Counted from the whole stretch's first letter, positions 1 through 12,538 are shown. The stretch is 63,975 nt of DNA, filler included, from 9 parts of 9 records of this genome joined end to end with filler, not necessarily neighbours in it; one strand, 5' to 3'. Made by a program: numbers and translations. The notes: generated from the letters alone by a model not told the origin.

Positions 1-568
1 CATGATCTTCTGTGGTACGAACTCAGTCTCTTCCCGGCCTCGCTTCCCGTCCAACCAGCCCAGCTTGGCCAGCCTGGGCTTAAGCCGTTGCTCGAACAGC
101 CCGGCGTCCATCCCGAGCCGGCTGCAGAGCTGCTTGTGGCTGGTCAGATCGCCCACTGACCGATACTCAAGCATCGCCTGCCAGACCCACTCAGCCCCCC
201 CAGCCCCGGCCTTGGCGAACCGCCGCGATGCCGTCCAGCAGCTCAGGCTCGTTGGCCGCTCGGATCAGCTTCGCGCACTCTGCGCCATCAAACGGCTGGT
301 CCCGGGGGCTCGGGTCGGGCCGGGCCGGGGGCGTTACCAGGATTTGCTTCGGGCTGAGCTCCATCCCGCCCCACTGGGCCGCGGCTGGGAAAGCGAACGA
401 CACCTCGTGCTTGAGCGGCTTGCCGGGCGGCCCCACGTCCGTCTGATCCAGCACGGCCGGCCACCAGCCTGTACCCAGGCTGAGCCGGCGGGCGGGCGGG
501 CGATCACCGAATCCGCGCATCCGGGCCCAGATCAGCGCGCCCGGGGCAAGTGCCAGAGCATCAGACAT
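1..568 (-). CDS. PWWP-domain chromatin protein, 3' end cut off by the window edge
   Basis: ATG at 568. Removing GT-AG introns 469-507 and 296-337 and a third intron of about 43 nt gives MSDALALAPGALIWARMRGFGWWPAVL...KQILPFDG, a PWWP signature. It ends EETEFVPQKIM, possibly the start of a chromodomain. Confidence 0.75.
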
Positions 569-670
569 GTCGGGAGATCGGTTCGGGCTCGGCTCGGGCG
601 CGCCAAAAGCTGTGGCAGTTGGGTAACGGACTTTGGTAACGGACGCCTGCTCCGTGTACAGCCTCTGAGC

Positions 671-1594
671 ATGGACAAGCGGGCGCGGGCGCGCCGGCTG
701 GTGGCGCACTTGGCGCCAATCGGCGCTGGGGGGCACTCCTTCGAGGCGCGGCCGCTGGGGGACCCGGGTCGTCCGCTCCCAGGGGTGAGCGACGAGGAGT
801 GGGCGGCGAGGTGCCAGTTGGCGGCTGGATATAGAATCAGCCACAGCCTGGGGTGGGACCTGGTGGTGTACAACCACATCACACTCAAAGTGCCCGGGTC
901 GGACGCCGAGCCGGGCGGCCCGCACTTTCTGATCAATCCGTTCGGTCTGGGCTTCGACGAGGTGACCGCCTCGAGCCTGCTAAAGGTGGACCTCGACGGG
1001 AACATGATCCACCCCGGTGACGGGAGCGGCCAGCTGTTCCAGAACGGGTTCGTGGTGCACTCGGCCGTGCACGCAGCCCGGCCTGAATTGCACGCTGCAG
1101 TGCACAGCCACCACGAGGACACCACTGCGGTCAGCATGACCAGGCATGGACTGCTGCCACTCAGTCAGGAGGCGCTCAGGCTGTGGGGCCGGATCGCGTA
1201 TCACAAGTTTGAGGGAGCGGCCAGCGACGAGGCTGAGCGGCCGAGGATGGCGGCTAGTATGCAGCGGTACGACCACGCGATCCTGGAGAACCATGGTCCT
1301 CTCTGCTGTGGGAGGAGCTTGCCAGAGGCATTTGAGGCTATGCTCAACCTGACGCGGGCGTGCACCTATCAAGTCAAGGCGCTGGCCATGGTGGGGGGCG
1401 ATCTGAGCAAGTTGCACATGCCCAGCCGGGAAGAGGCGGAGCGGATGCAAGGTCGGGACCCGAGGGTGGATCCGACTAGTGCGAGCACTGTGGACCCGAA
1501 CAGTGCGAGCACAGCGGATGGGGTGCAGCTGATGTGGGACCGGTGGGTGCGATCAGTCGAGGCCAAATACGGCGCCCACAGCATTTACATCTAA
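671..1594 (+). CDS. Class II aldolase/adducin-family protein (intronless)
   Basis: Motifs EWAARCQLAAGYR, YNHITLKVP, FLINPFGLGFDEVTASSLLKVD, HSAVH, VHSH and ILENHG. The ORF extension upstream of 671 is antisense to the PWWP gene. Confidence 0.9.
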   Translation: MDKRARARRLVAHLAPIGAGGHSFEARPLGDPGRPLPGVSDEEWAARCQLAAGYRISHSLGWDLVVYNHITLKVPGSDAEPGGPHFLINPFGLGFDEVTASSLLKVDLDGNMIHPGDGSGQLFQNGFVVHSAVHAARPELHAAVHSHHEDTTAVSMTRHGLLPLSQEALRLWGRIAYHKFEGAASDEAERPRMAASMQRYDHAILENHGPLCCGRSLPEAFEAMLNLTRACTYQVKALAMVGGDLSKLHMPSREEAERMQGRDPRVDPTSASTVDPNSASTADGVQLMWDRWVRSVEAKYGAHSIYI

Positions 1595-1820
1595 TCCCTA
1601 TGGCTATGTGCGCACCACTGGATATCTATAGATTACGTACGTCTAATTGAAAGTTTATTGTTGCTATTTCGTATTGTCTATAAACATTTTAAAACCACGT
1701 GCTATGATTGTGTACTTAGAGCTCCACTCACCGTCCGCAGTAGAGAGCCATTAATTGCGAAGCAAGAACCGTTCGCCAAAGGGTATCAGTACCCCTGTAC
1801 AGCATGTTGAGCAGCCATCC

Positions 1821-2544
1821 TCATAGATCGCCCATCTGCAGCTCGTCCGTGCTCCTCACAGAGTCGCCGCGTGGCGTCGGCATGTACCGCGCCGGGTTCC
1901 CTCGAGGTGTTGGCACCTCAGGGTGATCCATATTTCTAGGTGAATCCTCCGGCGGTTGGGCCGAGAAACCATACGCCGGCCGCCTCTCGCGCTGCTCCCG
2001 CCGGCGCCGAACGGCCGCCTCGAGCAGCAACTGGAACTCTCGCTCCTTCCGCACGGCTTGACCTGCCGGCGGCTCTCGGGCGGGAGAGGGCCAGGGGAGA
2101 GGCACCGTAGCTTACTAGAAGGATGCAGCTGGCGACGAGCATGGGCGCGAGCAGGACTACTCCTACGACGATCATGGCCATCGCGCCGTCGTAGAACAAA
2201 CAAAACGTGTCGCTGTGGCACAGCTGCCGCCCAGAATTAATTGCCCCGCGGCCCTGGCCGGTACCGAGCCGAAGACGATGAGCGCGATCGAAATAAGAAA
2301 CAGGAATACGAGCGCCAGGATGGTTAGACCGTTCAGGCCGGATAGCAGCTCTGAGCCCCCAGCGGCTCGCCCTGGCCCGGAGCAGGGCGCACCGTGGTCG
2401 GTCTCCGAGACTACCGGCGTGTTCTTCAGCGCACTGGCCTCCCCTCAGCGCAGCGGCTAGCGGCACGCACCGCAGCCAGACGTTTGTATCGCCCGCAGGA
2501 GCCGGCCGATCGGCTGCCAGCGAAGGCGTCCGCCCTGGCATCAT
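1821..2544 (-). CDS. Small protein with two predicted transmembrane segments, unknown function
   Basis: Splicing four short GT-AG introns gives LTILALVFLFLISIALIVFGS and AMIVVGVVLLAPMLVASCILLV followed by a charged tail. Confidence 0.55.
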
Positions 2545-2659
2545 GCCTGGATGCAGCGATGAGCGCTGGCTGCGCATTGATGTGAGAAGAGCCGTTGGAC
2601 GTCCTCATCAACAAAGGCGCGGGCACTACCTGGTACTTGTTGGAGCTCCGCGCGACGGA

Positions 2660-3359
2660 ATGGCGCCGCCCACCGATCTGGAGCAAAAGTGCGCTAGCCT
2701 GGAGGTGCGCCGGCCGCAGGACCAGCTCACCGCCGGTAGGCCGAAAACGCCGAGCTCCAGCGTCTGGTGGAAGAGGCGCTCGGCCGGTCGCCCCAGGGCT
2801 GACTGCGGAGGCCAGGCCGACGAGGACCGACAGCAGCTGCGGCTCAAGGTCAAGGCGCTCGAGACCCGGCTCAACTCGCTCTCGGCCTGCACGGTGCCCG
2901 GCCCGCCTGCCTCCACTCACCGGACCTGCAGTCGCTCGGGAGCGGAGGCCTGCCTCCGGCGCTCTCCGTGGTGGCTGCCCCGGGGGGCGGGGGGGCGAGC
3001 CGGAGCAGGTGACTTCGGAGGACTTCTCGGACGAGGGCACCCTCCGGCCAAAGACCTCCCGGGTGCCTCCCGGCCCTCGGCGCGATTAGCCGGCCGGCAG
3101 GGTCGAGCCCGCCCGTCCCCCGAGGACTTCTCCGACTATGTGGTGCCGTCGCCCGGTGGGACCGGTGGGTTCCGCTCGCTGGCGGGCGGCAGGCTGGGCA
3201 GGCGACACCGCCGAGGGGGTGCTGCAGCTGGAGGAGGAGGAGGCGCTGGGAGGAGAGGAGACTGGTGTCGTGAGTAAGCAGGATCGAGCTTGGGACGTAA
3301 AGGAGATTTTTAAGATGGAGGCACTCTTCTTCTGCACGCAGCCGTACTACGCGGATTGA
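2660..3359 (+). CDS. Short coiled-coil protein, unknown function (multi-exon)
   Basis: Spliced heptad-like N-terminus LEQKCASLE|AENAELQRLVEE|ADEDRQQLRLKVKALETRL. Downstream exon boundaries are uncertain. Confidence 0.45.
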
Positions 3360-3659
3360 CAGAAACCGCGCAGCTGTGCCAGTCCACGCGAAATTACTCA
3401 TGAAACTACTCTCAAAGCGCCGGATTGGCGACACACAAGTAATGATTAATCTGAATTCATGCCTGAAGGGTGTTAATTCAGCACCGTAAGCATACTCTCA
3501 ACTGAGGAGAAGTAGCCGTAATCACCGTTAAACTAATTTAAACGCTATAATTGCAATCAAGTCGCATCACACTACCACCGATCCACGACCTTCCTTGGCT
3601 CTAACGGAAGTGCTAGGGACCTACATACAGCACATGACTCTGTAGCAGCCAGGGAGCCG

Positions 3660-5182
3660 ATGGGCTGTACGGGCAGCAGAACCGCCAAGGAAGACGCCCT
3701 GGGCGAAGGTCTCCGGGCGGGCCCGAGGCCAACCGGCACGCTCCACGGCCCAGCCGCCGGCCACCCGCTGGAAGCTGTTGGATTCGAGCACCGGAGCCAG
3801 TCCGGGCTGTGGCTGTTCGCCGCGCTCGACGACGGCCGTATCCAGATGGCTGCCGCCCGGATGAGCGGGGTGGGCTGGTCCGCGCAGCATGAAACCCGCG
3901 AGTGCGCGCCGGCCCCGCTCGCACTTACCCCACGGGGAGTTAGCGAGGCCTGGGACCGGGGGCAGACCTCGGACGGCTGGCAGCTCCTTTTGGAGACGAC
4001 CGACAAGCCTCGGGAGGGCGGGATGTACGCGGAGCCGGAGGAGCCACCCGGGGAGGAGGAGGAGCTCCGGCCGGCCTCCCGACGGGGGTCGCAGCTGGGC
4101 CCGGACAAGCCTGACCGGTACTACTTGGCGCCGGAGCCACCGCCGCTGCAGACCGGCGAGGTGATGAGCACGCCTGCGCTGCACCCGCCCGGATACCAGC
4201 TGCCGGCGGGCAAGACGCCCAGTAGTACCGGTCAAGCTTGCTCGGGCACGGCTGCGGCCCCCGGCGCGGAGCCGGAAATGCCTGGGTTAGGCGAGCTGTT
4301 GATGAATTGGCAGGGAGCCCCGCCGCGGAAGGTGGCCAGCTGGAGCCCTGTGGACGCGAGCTGCTTCAACGTCCGGCACGGGCCGGATTACAATACCAAC
4401 GGCACCAAGATGCCCTCGGGGCCAGCCATGTACGAATGCACGATGGTGCACGCTCTACGATCACGCCGGCCTGTATATCATATCGGGTCTCAAATGCGGC
4501 TGCCGGCGACGGCCGAGCTGCCGCCGGTGACTGGCGTCCCTCGGCATATCATCCTGAACGTGATGGTCCCTCGGAGCTCGCCCTCGATCTTCTCTCAGAA
4601 GACAGACGCCAGTTCAATCAACGTCGTGTTCCACTTCACAATGAACCGATGGACAGCTGAGGCACTTGCTGCCGGCCAGCCCGGGCCGGCCTGCATACAG
4701 CTGCTCCGGCGGTACTTCGGGGAGGCGCCGACCGGCGGGATCAATTCAGATAGATTCAAGCTGATCGGGCAGGTCGTGCTGGCTGGCTGGGCACTGCTGA
4801 CAGGTGGGAGCAGGTTTGTAACTGGGAGGAGTCGCGGCTCCCTGGGATACTGTCAGGCTGGAACGGCAAGCCAACGCTGGTGACCAAGTCCGGGGTCTGG
4901 TTCATGCGAGGAGGATACGCGGAGCTTGATCTGAACACGGCTCGGTGGTGCTACCTAGCGAGGCAGGGGCTTTACTCTTCCTGGAAGAACATTGCGCGAG
5001 CCGTGTTCGATTTTGGAGTGCTGATTGAGGCCAGGGAAGAGGAGAGCATGCCGGAGCGGGTGCTGGGGGCAGTCAAGTGCAACCATATCGACTTGGATGG
5101 GCCGATCGCGGCCTGGGATGGCACCGATGGGATGCCGGCTGCAGACCCGAGTGTGATTAGTTGGAGGTGCCGACCAGGCTGA
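3660..5182 (+). CDS. EDR2 C-terminal (DUF1336) domain protein with an N-terminal MGC acylation motif
   Basis: Motifs FNVRHGPDY..K.PS, RFKLIGQ|VCNW..GKPTLV, YAELDLN and DFGVLIEAREEESMPERVLG. One clear intron lies near 4773-4813. Starts MGCTGS. Confidence 0.8.
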
Positions 5183-5343
5183 GTCAAGGCTGAGTCAAGG
5201 CTGAGTACTGATTGGCTGACCAGTATGCTCTAGAGATGCACACGCTTAATATACTCTGGTATTCATGGACATAGTGCATTCAATATATAGTGCAAAGCAG
5301 TATAATTTGAAACCAAGTTTTCTAAAGTAAAGTCGGGAAAGTT

Positions 5344-7225
5344 TCATACGGTATAATTATAATCATTTCGATGTACGTCGTTGCAATAACAATCACTGCC
5401 ATCTTTGTAGTGGCATCTGCTGTGGAATAAGTTGGGTTGGAGACACCCTGGGCAGCACGGCTGCCGATCAGGGCTTGGAAAGCCCGCCGTGCAAACGCCA
5501 GCACCAAATAGATCTGGTTTGGGGTTGAACGAGGAAAGCATAGCATCCCTGGCTGCCTTGGCAGTGGCAATTATTTGGTCATAGCCAGCTAGAGAGCTCC
5601 TGTTCAGAGGGTTTGACTCAAATGGATCTTGCACAATGTTGTAGACCAATGGGTTGTCGGACGGCATAACCTCAAAGTCGCGGCTGCCACATCCACAAAG
5701 CTCACTAGCTCGAATAGGAGTGAGTCTGCTCAGCGGGTTGATCCCGTTGCAGCACTCGACGCACACCGAGGCATTCAGCCGGTCGTTAGTATACCACTTT
5801 TGAACTTTAAAGAACACTTTGTAGGTGCCGTCCACGCGGACTGCGGGTATCTCAAACCCACAGTAGTGCAAAAGTGTAGCATGCGCCGATTTGTTTGCAC
5901 CCTTCAGCACCGGGAGCATGTTCTGGCCATCCACTGTGTAGTTTGCAGCTAAATCGACCCCTGCTGCCTGGAGAGCCGTTGGGAAGATATCCATGGAAGA
6001 CACCAGAACCTCAGAGCTGCTGCCGGGCGGCACAACGCCAGGCCAGACCACAGCTCCAGGCATTCGAATCCCGCCTTCCCACAGCTGGCCTTTGCCGCCC
6101 TTGAGCCTGCCGAGCCTCTTGCCTGCAGCAGAGTAGACGTTTGTCCGGCCGCTCCGGTCCCACCCTTCTTCTTGATAAGGGCCGCTGCAACAGAGGATCA
6201 GGCCAGCACGAGCCAGCCGATTCCTCACTTGTCAGATGTCAGGAAGATCAACGTATTATTGGTCACGTCGGCTGCGTCGAGCGCAGACAGAACAGCCCCA
6301 ACAGAGTCATCGAGCTCCTCTACGTTGTCGCCAAACTCGCCCCCAATGCTTCGGCCGCGGTTTGCGCGGTTGGTGAACAGCGGCGTGTGAACGTGGAAGT
6401 AGGCCATCATGAAGAAGAATGGCTGGTCGGGCCTGGAGCGCTGGATGAAGCTGATGGCATGATCGGTGATCGCTTGTGTGAAGTTCTCCAGGTGCAGCGG
6501 CTGCTGGACCACAGTGGTGTTTGCCTGCATGAAGCACACGGTTGGGCCGTTGCCAGTCAGATTGGACACGCCCTGCGCGTCCATCTGGCATGCAGGCGTG
6601 TTCGTGAATGGCGATCCGAGGTAGCTGTCGTACCCGTGTGCTGTCGGGTGGAACTTGTGATCCAGCCCACTCGCGCCGCCGCCGCTCCCACTGTCCCCGA
6701 GGTGCCTGGACAACAGACTGAGTGCGGCAACGGGCACCGCCCCTCACCATTTACCCGACATGCCCGTACGGTAGCCGGCAATTTTGAGTGCGGCGGCCAG
6801 GCTGAGCTGGGTCTCCGGGTCTAGTCCACCAGGGTTGGTGGGTGTGGGGATCACCCGCCGGCTCTCGCTCACACCGACGCACCCACTCCTGATGGGGTAG
6901 CGCCCGGTTTGGATAGCCGCACGACTCGGTGTGCAGATGGGTGCTGCCGATATCCAATGGGTGAGCTTGACCCCGCGCTCGATCAGCCGGTCGATGTGCG
7001 GCGTGGACACGTTCGGGCTGCCGAAGGCTGCCAGGTCTGAATAGCCCATGTCTGGCCCCGCACGCTCAGCCCGGCGCGGCCACAGCGGGCACCGTCGATC
7101 AGAAACACCAGGATGTTGGGGCGCGAGGCAAGTGGCCGCACTGAGGCGCCCGGCGAGGTGACAGCAGCCGCGGCAGTGAAGAGCAGCAGCGCCGTGTGGC
7201 CAGTGAGCAGCCGCGGCCAGCGCAT
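5344..7225 (-). CDS. Formylglycine-dependent arylsulfatase (S1 family) with signal peptide
   Basis: Spliced RPNILVFLIDDMGYSDL, CTPSRAAIQTGRYP (CxPxR), GKWHLG, HVHTPL, SDNGP and GGKGQLWEGGIRMP. Three GT-AG introns. Confidence 0.95.
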
Positions 7226-7380
7226 TGGCCCACCTTCCTTTTTGGGACAAGTCCGGTCACTTGTAACTTTGCCCATCCATTGCGGGGATCTCTTCAACTT
7301 TTTTCCGGGGGTTGTGTCCGTTGTAAAGTGTTATCGGCGCCACCACGCCGCTGCGGTGAGTGGTGTGCCTCGCACACATC

Positions 7381-8707
7381 ATGTCGCAGGGGGGGACGCA
7401 CGTGTTGCAACAGCGGCAGTCCGCGCTGGACGCCCGGGCGCGCAAGGAGCAGGGCAACAAGCTGTTCAAGGCCGGCAAAATCGAGGAGGCCATACCGTGC
7501 TACAAGGCGGCGATCGAGCTCGAGCCCTGGGACGAGGTGCACGCGCCGGGCTCGACAGCCGCCAGCCCGGGGGACAGGCGTTTCACCTGAACCTGGCGCT
7601 GTGCTACACCAAGCTGGAGAAGTGGGAGACGGTGATCGCGCACGCGGACAAGGCAATAGAGCTCCGCTGGTCGTGTATCAAGGCGTACTACCGCAAAGCG
7701 TACGCCGAGCTCCAGCTGGGCAAAGTGTCCCCGCTGCCACCAGCCGGGCCGAGTTACGTGGAGAAGGCCTGGGAGACCATCAAGGTTTTGCCCGGCGGCG
7801 CGGGCGGATGACCAGACGGTGGTTCAGTACGGGATGAAGCAGACGCCGAACGACAAGGAGGCACTCAAGCTGCTGGAGGAGGTGCGGCCGGGCCTGTGGC
7901 ACGGGCTAATGGGTGTCGGGCCAGATCCGGGTGCACTGGGAGCAGGAGAAGAAGGATAAGGCGCAGCTTGCGCTGGCAGCCAAGCAGGAACTCAAGGTGC
8001 CGATCACTGGGTTACCCCCGACCGGGCGCAGGCGCTCGAGTACAAGCAGCGGCTGGAGGCCGAGGAGGACGCCCAGGCGCTGGCGCTGCTCCCCACCTGG
8101 AGCCAAAAGAAAGAGCTGGCCGGCCGTTGCTTTAAGGCGTCTAATTTCGAGCCTGCCTGCGAGCTGTATACTGAGGCGATCGAACTGCTCGAGGGCCACG
8201 AGGGCTCGGATGGGTGGGCGCTGCTTCACGGCTGGTGTGACTGCCGGTGGCAGGCTGCGGGGTGAGCTGGCTGCGGTTTACAACAATCGCGGGGCGTGTC
8301 ACAGGGCGATGGACAGGCACCAAGAGGTGAGGGCCTCAGCGCCAGGCTGTAAGCCCGGCCCGACAGACAATCGACGACTGCTCCCAGACGCTGCGGTACG
8401 AGCCCGACAATTTCAAGGCGCTCGTGCGGTGGCGAGGCTGCGAGGGCCAAGCTCACCGCTTGGCAGGCGAGGCCTGTCATACGAGGCAATAGAGCAAATG
8501 CAGTTGGCGTTGCTCGATCTGAAGAGGGCCCGGGCGCTGGAGCCGGGGTCGGCTATAGTGATGCGCGCGGTGAACAGGGTCAAGGTGTGGGCTGGGGCCG
8601 GGTGGGGGTGCTGATGCCGGTTGCAGGAATTCTGCAAGATTCGGCCTGACGAGATCGATTACAATATCCCGCCTTCTGACTTGGATGATATTGCATTCTT
8701 CCTATGA
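7381..8707 (+). CDS. Protein with two TPR carboxylate-clamp-type domains (Hsp70/90 co-chaperone-like)
   Basis: Motifs KEQGNKLFKAG, NLALCY, KAYYRKA, VYNNRGAC and FKALVRRGLSYE. At least eight short GT-AG introns; stop at 8705-8707. Confidence 0.85.
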
Positions 8708-8842
8708 TAGAGTGGGATTCATTTTAAAATAAGTCTTGTTGCTTGCAAGCATCTAAAATACGAGTACATAGAGAGATAGATCTCGAGATCTCGCGAGCCA
8801 GCTGATGCTAGGCTGATGCACGGTCACCACTGATGCCGAACA

Positions 8843-9636
8843 TCAGAACAATTCTCCCCCAGAGGCTCTTATGCCATGGAGCAGGCCGAAGGCCACCAAA
8901 ATAGCGAGCCAGCCGAAGATCAGCGGCCCAGCGAACACTCTGCCGACTTGCTTCAATCTGATCTGATTGCTTGCGAGTGTGCTCGGCACCTCCACTGCGC
9001 CCTCGACCACCTCCATCAGCTTGCCGGCTCTCTCGGCGCCCTCGACCACCTCCACCAGCTCCGGCAGCCCCTCCGGCAGCCCCGCCCGCTCGTCCTTCAC
9101 CCGGCTGCGCAACTCCACCTCCTCGTCCTCCTCCTCCGGCTTGGCCAGGCTCGATACGATCTCGGCGGTCCAATCCACCCGGGGCTCCTCACTCAGCGCC
9201 CGGGCCGTGACAGCGCAGGCCTGCACAGCCGCGGCCGCCACCACGCGGTAGGCCTCTCTGGCGGCAACCAGCTGGTCCTGCAGCCCCTGGCCGTGGGCCG
9301 AGACCTCGATGGCCATCGTCTCGGCCGCGCTCACCTGCCCACGGAGCTCGCCCATTTCGACAGCCAGCTGCTCGATGGCGGTCTTCTTGGCCTGCTTGCA
9401 CCCGGCAAGCTTCTTCTCCAGCCGCTTCAACTCCTTCTCGCCCTCCTCCATCGCCTGCTGCTGCAGCCCGCACACCTCGCTGTGCACCTTGAGCGCCTCC
9501 TGCGCCTCACGCAGACCGTCGCAGTTGGCTTCAACCAGCAGGTGCACCGCCTGCTGCACCTCGGGCTCGCACCATCCATCCATCAGCCCAACGACGTCCT
9601 CCTCCTCCAGCTGCTCCCTCAAGAACCCCTCGAGGT
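8843..9636 (-). CDS. Coiled-coil protein with a C-terminal membrane anchor, 5' partial
   Basis: E/Q/K-rich heptads followed by hydrophobic VFAGPLIFGWLAILVAFGLL. The ORF is open to the contig edge. Confidence 0.55.
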
Positions 9637-9736
9637 NNNNNNNNNNNNNNNNNNNNNNNNNNNNNNNNNNNNNNNNNNNNTTAATTAATTAANNNNNNNN
9701 NNNNNNNNNNNNNNNNNNNNNNNNNNNNNNNNNNNN
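9637..9736. other. Artificial contig linker
   Basis: 44 N + TTAATTAATTAA (stops in all six frames) + 44 N. Confidence 0.98.
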
Positions 9737-9737
9737 C

Positions 9738-12538
9738 ATGCCCGCCGTGCTGGCCATGGCGGCGCTGGAGGAACACCGGCGGCTGCGGCCAGAGGGGGCC
9801 GCTGGCGGGGGGGTGTTTGAGTGCCCAGCCTGTGGCGAGCGGTCCCCGGAGGATCTGGACAGCCGTGGGCTCCTGGAGTGGATCGTGAATCACTACCACG
9901 CGCACATGCTCGAGCCATTCCTGGCCGATGGGGAGCTGCACGAGGAGGAGGCAAATAGCAGTTACATGATCTTCCAGACCGGCAAAGGAGCGTGCTACAG
10001 CATCTCGCCCTCGGTGGGTGCTCGGATTAGGGGGCTAGGGGCTGATGGCTGCCCGCTGTCAGATGCTGGGAGCTTACTATCACCAGTCCTGCGACCGGTT
10101 CCTGCATTTGCGCTCGATGCGGAACCGGTCAGGGGACGCAAAACACCAGTGGCAATACTTCCAGCAGCTGGCTAGTGCGTGGCTGATGATTGTGTACAAG
10201 ACTGACCGGGCAGCTTGCAGGCATTGCCACGCTGAAGAGCACTATCCTCGAGAAGGGTTTTGTGTGGGAGGACCAGATTGTTGCCTCGCTGGAGGGGACA
10301 GGGCTGCCTCGCCAGTGGTGGCTGCGGACCACAGACACCACGCTGGTCCAGCGCCGAGTGCGAGACATGGAGAAGAGATCTCGGGAGATTGCTGACTGCA
10401 AGTGCGAGGAAAGCACTAAGGCAGCCCGAGGAGTGCACATGAAGCATAAAGATGTGACAATAGCTCACAGCCAATGATCTGACCTGTGTTGCAGACCTGC
10501 ACCGCCCGGCAGCAGCTCATGCACCAATCTAAGCTTATCCTCACGAGTGCAGCAGCAGGAGTTGACGTCATTTACCAGCCCACGTTCAAGGTCAAGCACG
10601 CTCGTCTCTCTATTGGTGACACGGAGCTGGCAGGTACCCTCGAGCTTTTTAGAAGGACAGCTCGATCGCACGGTGATCAGCCTCAGTAATTTTTCACCCG
10701 ACTTCCTATTTGTCGAGACCGCTCCAGATGGGATGCGCGAGGCACGCCTCGCACTTGCGGACCATGACTCTGGTGTCAGATCATCATCATTGATGCAAAG
10801 GCGTCTCCCAAAGTAAAGCTGTCACATAGAGTGCAGGTTGCGTACTACGCAATGGTCCTGGACGAGATCATTCAGAGGGATGTCAGACTCCGTGGCAAAC
10901 TGAGGGTCCACCGGAATGGTGGGATATGGTGCCCAGGGATGGAGGTCCCTCAGATGATCCCGTTGGAATTCACTACGATCACAAGCGTCGGCAAGTATAC
11001 GCCTGGGGCCTGCAAGTTGTGGGTGAGCAGCCAGCAACGTACACAGGTTGTGTCCAGCACGAGGATATTGCAGATTGCCCTAATTCAGACTGCAACGCTT
11101 GCTTTACCTGCATGCACATTAGCTTCGTGGAGCGTTTGTATGACGAGCTCCAGGCTGCGCATGAACATCCACAGGACCGTAGATTGGTCATTTATGCTTA
11201 TGATAGAAATGAGCTGAACAAAGCAATCATGATGCTGGTAGACCTCATCGCAGGTCCTCTGCCCTTTGGGTTACTCGCCAACATTTCTCTTGCCCAGGTG
11301 AAGATACAGATCCTCGTCACCAACGCGCACAGGACAAAGCAAAGAAGTGTCTATCAACTTTATTTCTCGACCCAAAGGAGCTGGATTCTGTGGTAACTTT
11401 GCCACAAGTTGGAACAGAGTCTCACTGGTTGTTGCATGGCAGGAGCAGCCCGGCATGGAGCTGAGTGACACCAGTGAGCAGTATATGCCGAGGCTTGTTT
11501 GTGTGAGCCAGGCCATTCAGCATCTGTGTGCTCTCCCTGTGGAATTCTTTGTGACGCTGGAGACAAGTCTGAGGCACCTTTGTCCGGACAGCCAACCAGC
11601 AGAATTAGCCTCTCAGGTGACAGAGGATATCATCTTCATGAGCTGGAAATACTGCTTGGTTGCTGGCCCTGCTCGAGTCAAAACTTTGCTCGGGACAAGG
11701 TTGCAGTTGGTGAGCTCAGTGTTGACCTCGGTCAGACAACTGACCACACCTCAACAGCTTCCTAACAAAGCTCCTAAACTAGAAATCCGCAAGCCAGCCT
11801 TTATTGGATGTGGACATCTGAACAAGCTCAATTTTCTGACCGAATTTGAGACAGTCACCGCCTATTGTCAGCAACGACTGATGAGAGCCAGCCCCTCAAA
11901 CCTTCGTGTGGATGGTGGAAAATTGCATGTGCTTCGGGCTTCAGAACAGCCCCAGCCAATTATGCAGGACCTAGACACCGAGAGCATTTCGATGACACCA
12001 GCACAGAATGGTGCTTTTGATCAGATAGCACAGCGACGACTGCAAATTGTGTGGGGGCCTCCAGGGTCAGGAAAGACATACTTTTCGGCAGCTACGATCC
12101 TCAGATTCATGCAAGCAGCAGCAGCACGGGAAACGCAATTTAGAGTTGCTGTCACAGCCACAACGCACACTGCTGTGGACAATTTGCTTCGTCAGCTTGG
12201 GCGGCTGATAGCAGCTGATGGTCCAGCCTGCTTTGTGGCAAAGGTTGGCCGGAAGCCCAGGCCGGAAGTAGGTCAGCATGTGCACGTGCCAAGAGACTAT
12301 TGGCCCGGCCGGCATGATGCATGCACTTGGCAGTCTCGGTATCAACCACATTGACGACAGTGCAGATAGCCAGGCGACGACGCTTGGGCCAGCAGCTGAT
12401 ATGCAGAACTCGTCGGCGGCTGCACCTCCAGAAGAGGGGCGTGAGTCATCGCCCGCTTCCAAACCAAAGCGAAAGTTACCTGCATGTTTAGCCAGAAATG
12501 GCAACAACTCCAACTCGCCCAAAAGCCGCCGTATGTAA
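9738..12538 (+). CDS. RecB-family (PD-(D/E)xK) nuclease fused to a truncated UPF1/DNA2-like SF1 helicase; intron-containing, possibly decaying
   Basis: Spliced ISPS|MLGAYYHQSCDRFL, EKGFVWED, IYQPTF, FSPDFL...IIIIDAKASPKVKLSHRVQVAYY (PD..DxK..QxxxY), Walker A WGPPGSGKT and motif Ia TATTHTAVDNL. No Walker B or later helicase motifs are visible. Confidence 0.75.

Noticed and set aside
2-670. N-terminal extension of the 530-aa aldolase ORF and the many long overlapping or antisense ORFs
   Set aside because: These are shadow ORFs of GC-rich coding DNA; the opposite strand or the spliced frame carries the recognisable motifs.
1466-1513. 24-bp tandem duplication (VDPTSAST/VDPNSAST)
   Set aside because: It is an ordinary low-complexity coding duplication.
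5177-5207. GGCTGAGTCAA tandem repeat containing an AP-1-like TGAGTCA
   Set aside because: It is a short slippage duplication at a stop codon with no evidence of regulatory function.
7725-7763. Possible GT-AC or other non-canonical intron in the TPR gene (LGK...VEKA)
   Set aside because: The segment is in frame and stop-free, and a canonical 39-nt GT-AG option exists. It cannot be resolved without RNA data.
7381-8707. Apparent frameshifts in many genes, suggesting pseudogenes, recoding or an alternative genetic code
   Set aside because: They are resolved by short GT-AG or GC-AG introns. TAA, TAG and TGA all serve as normal stops.
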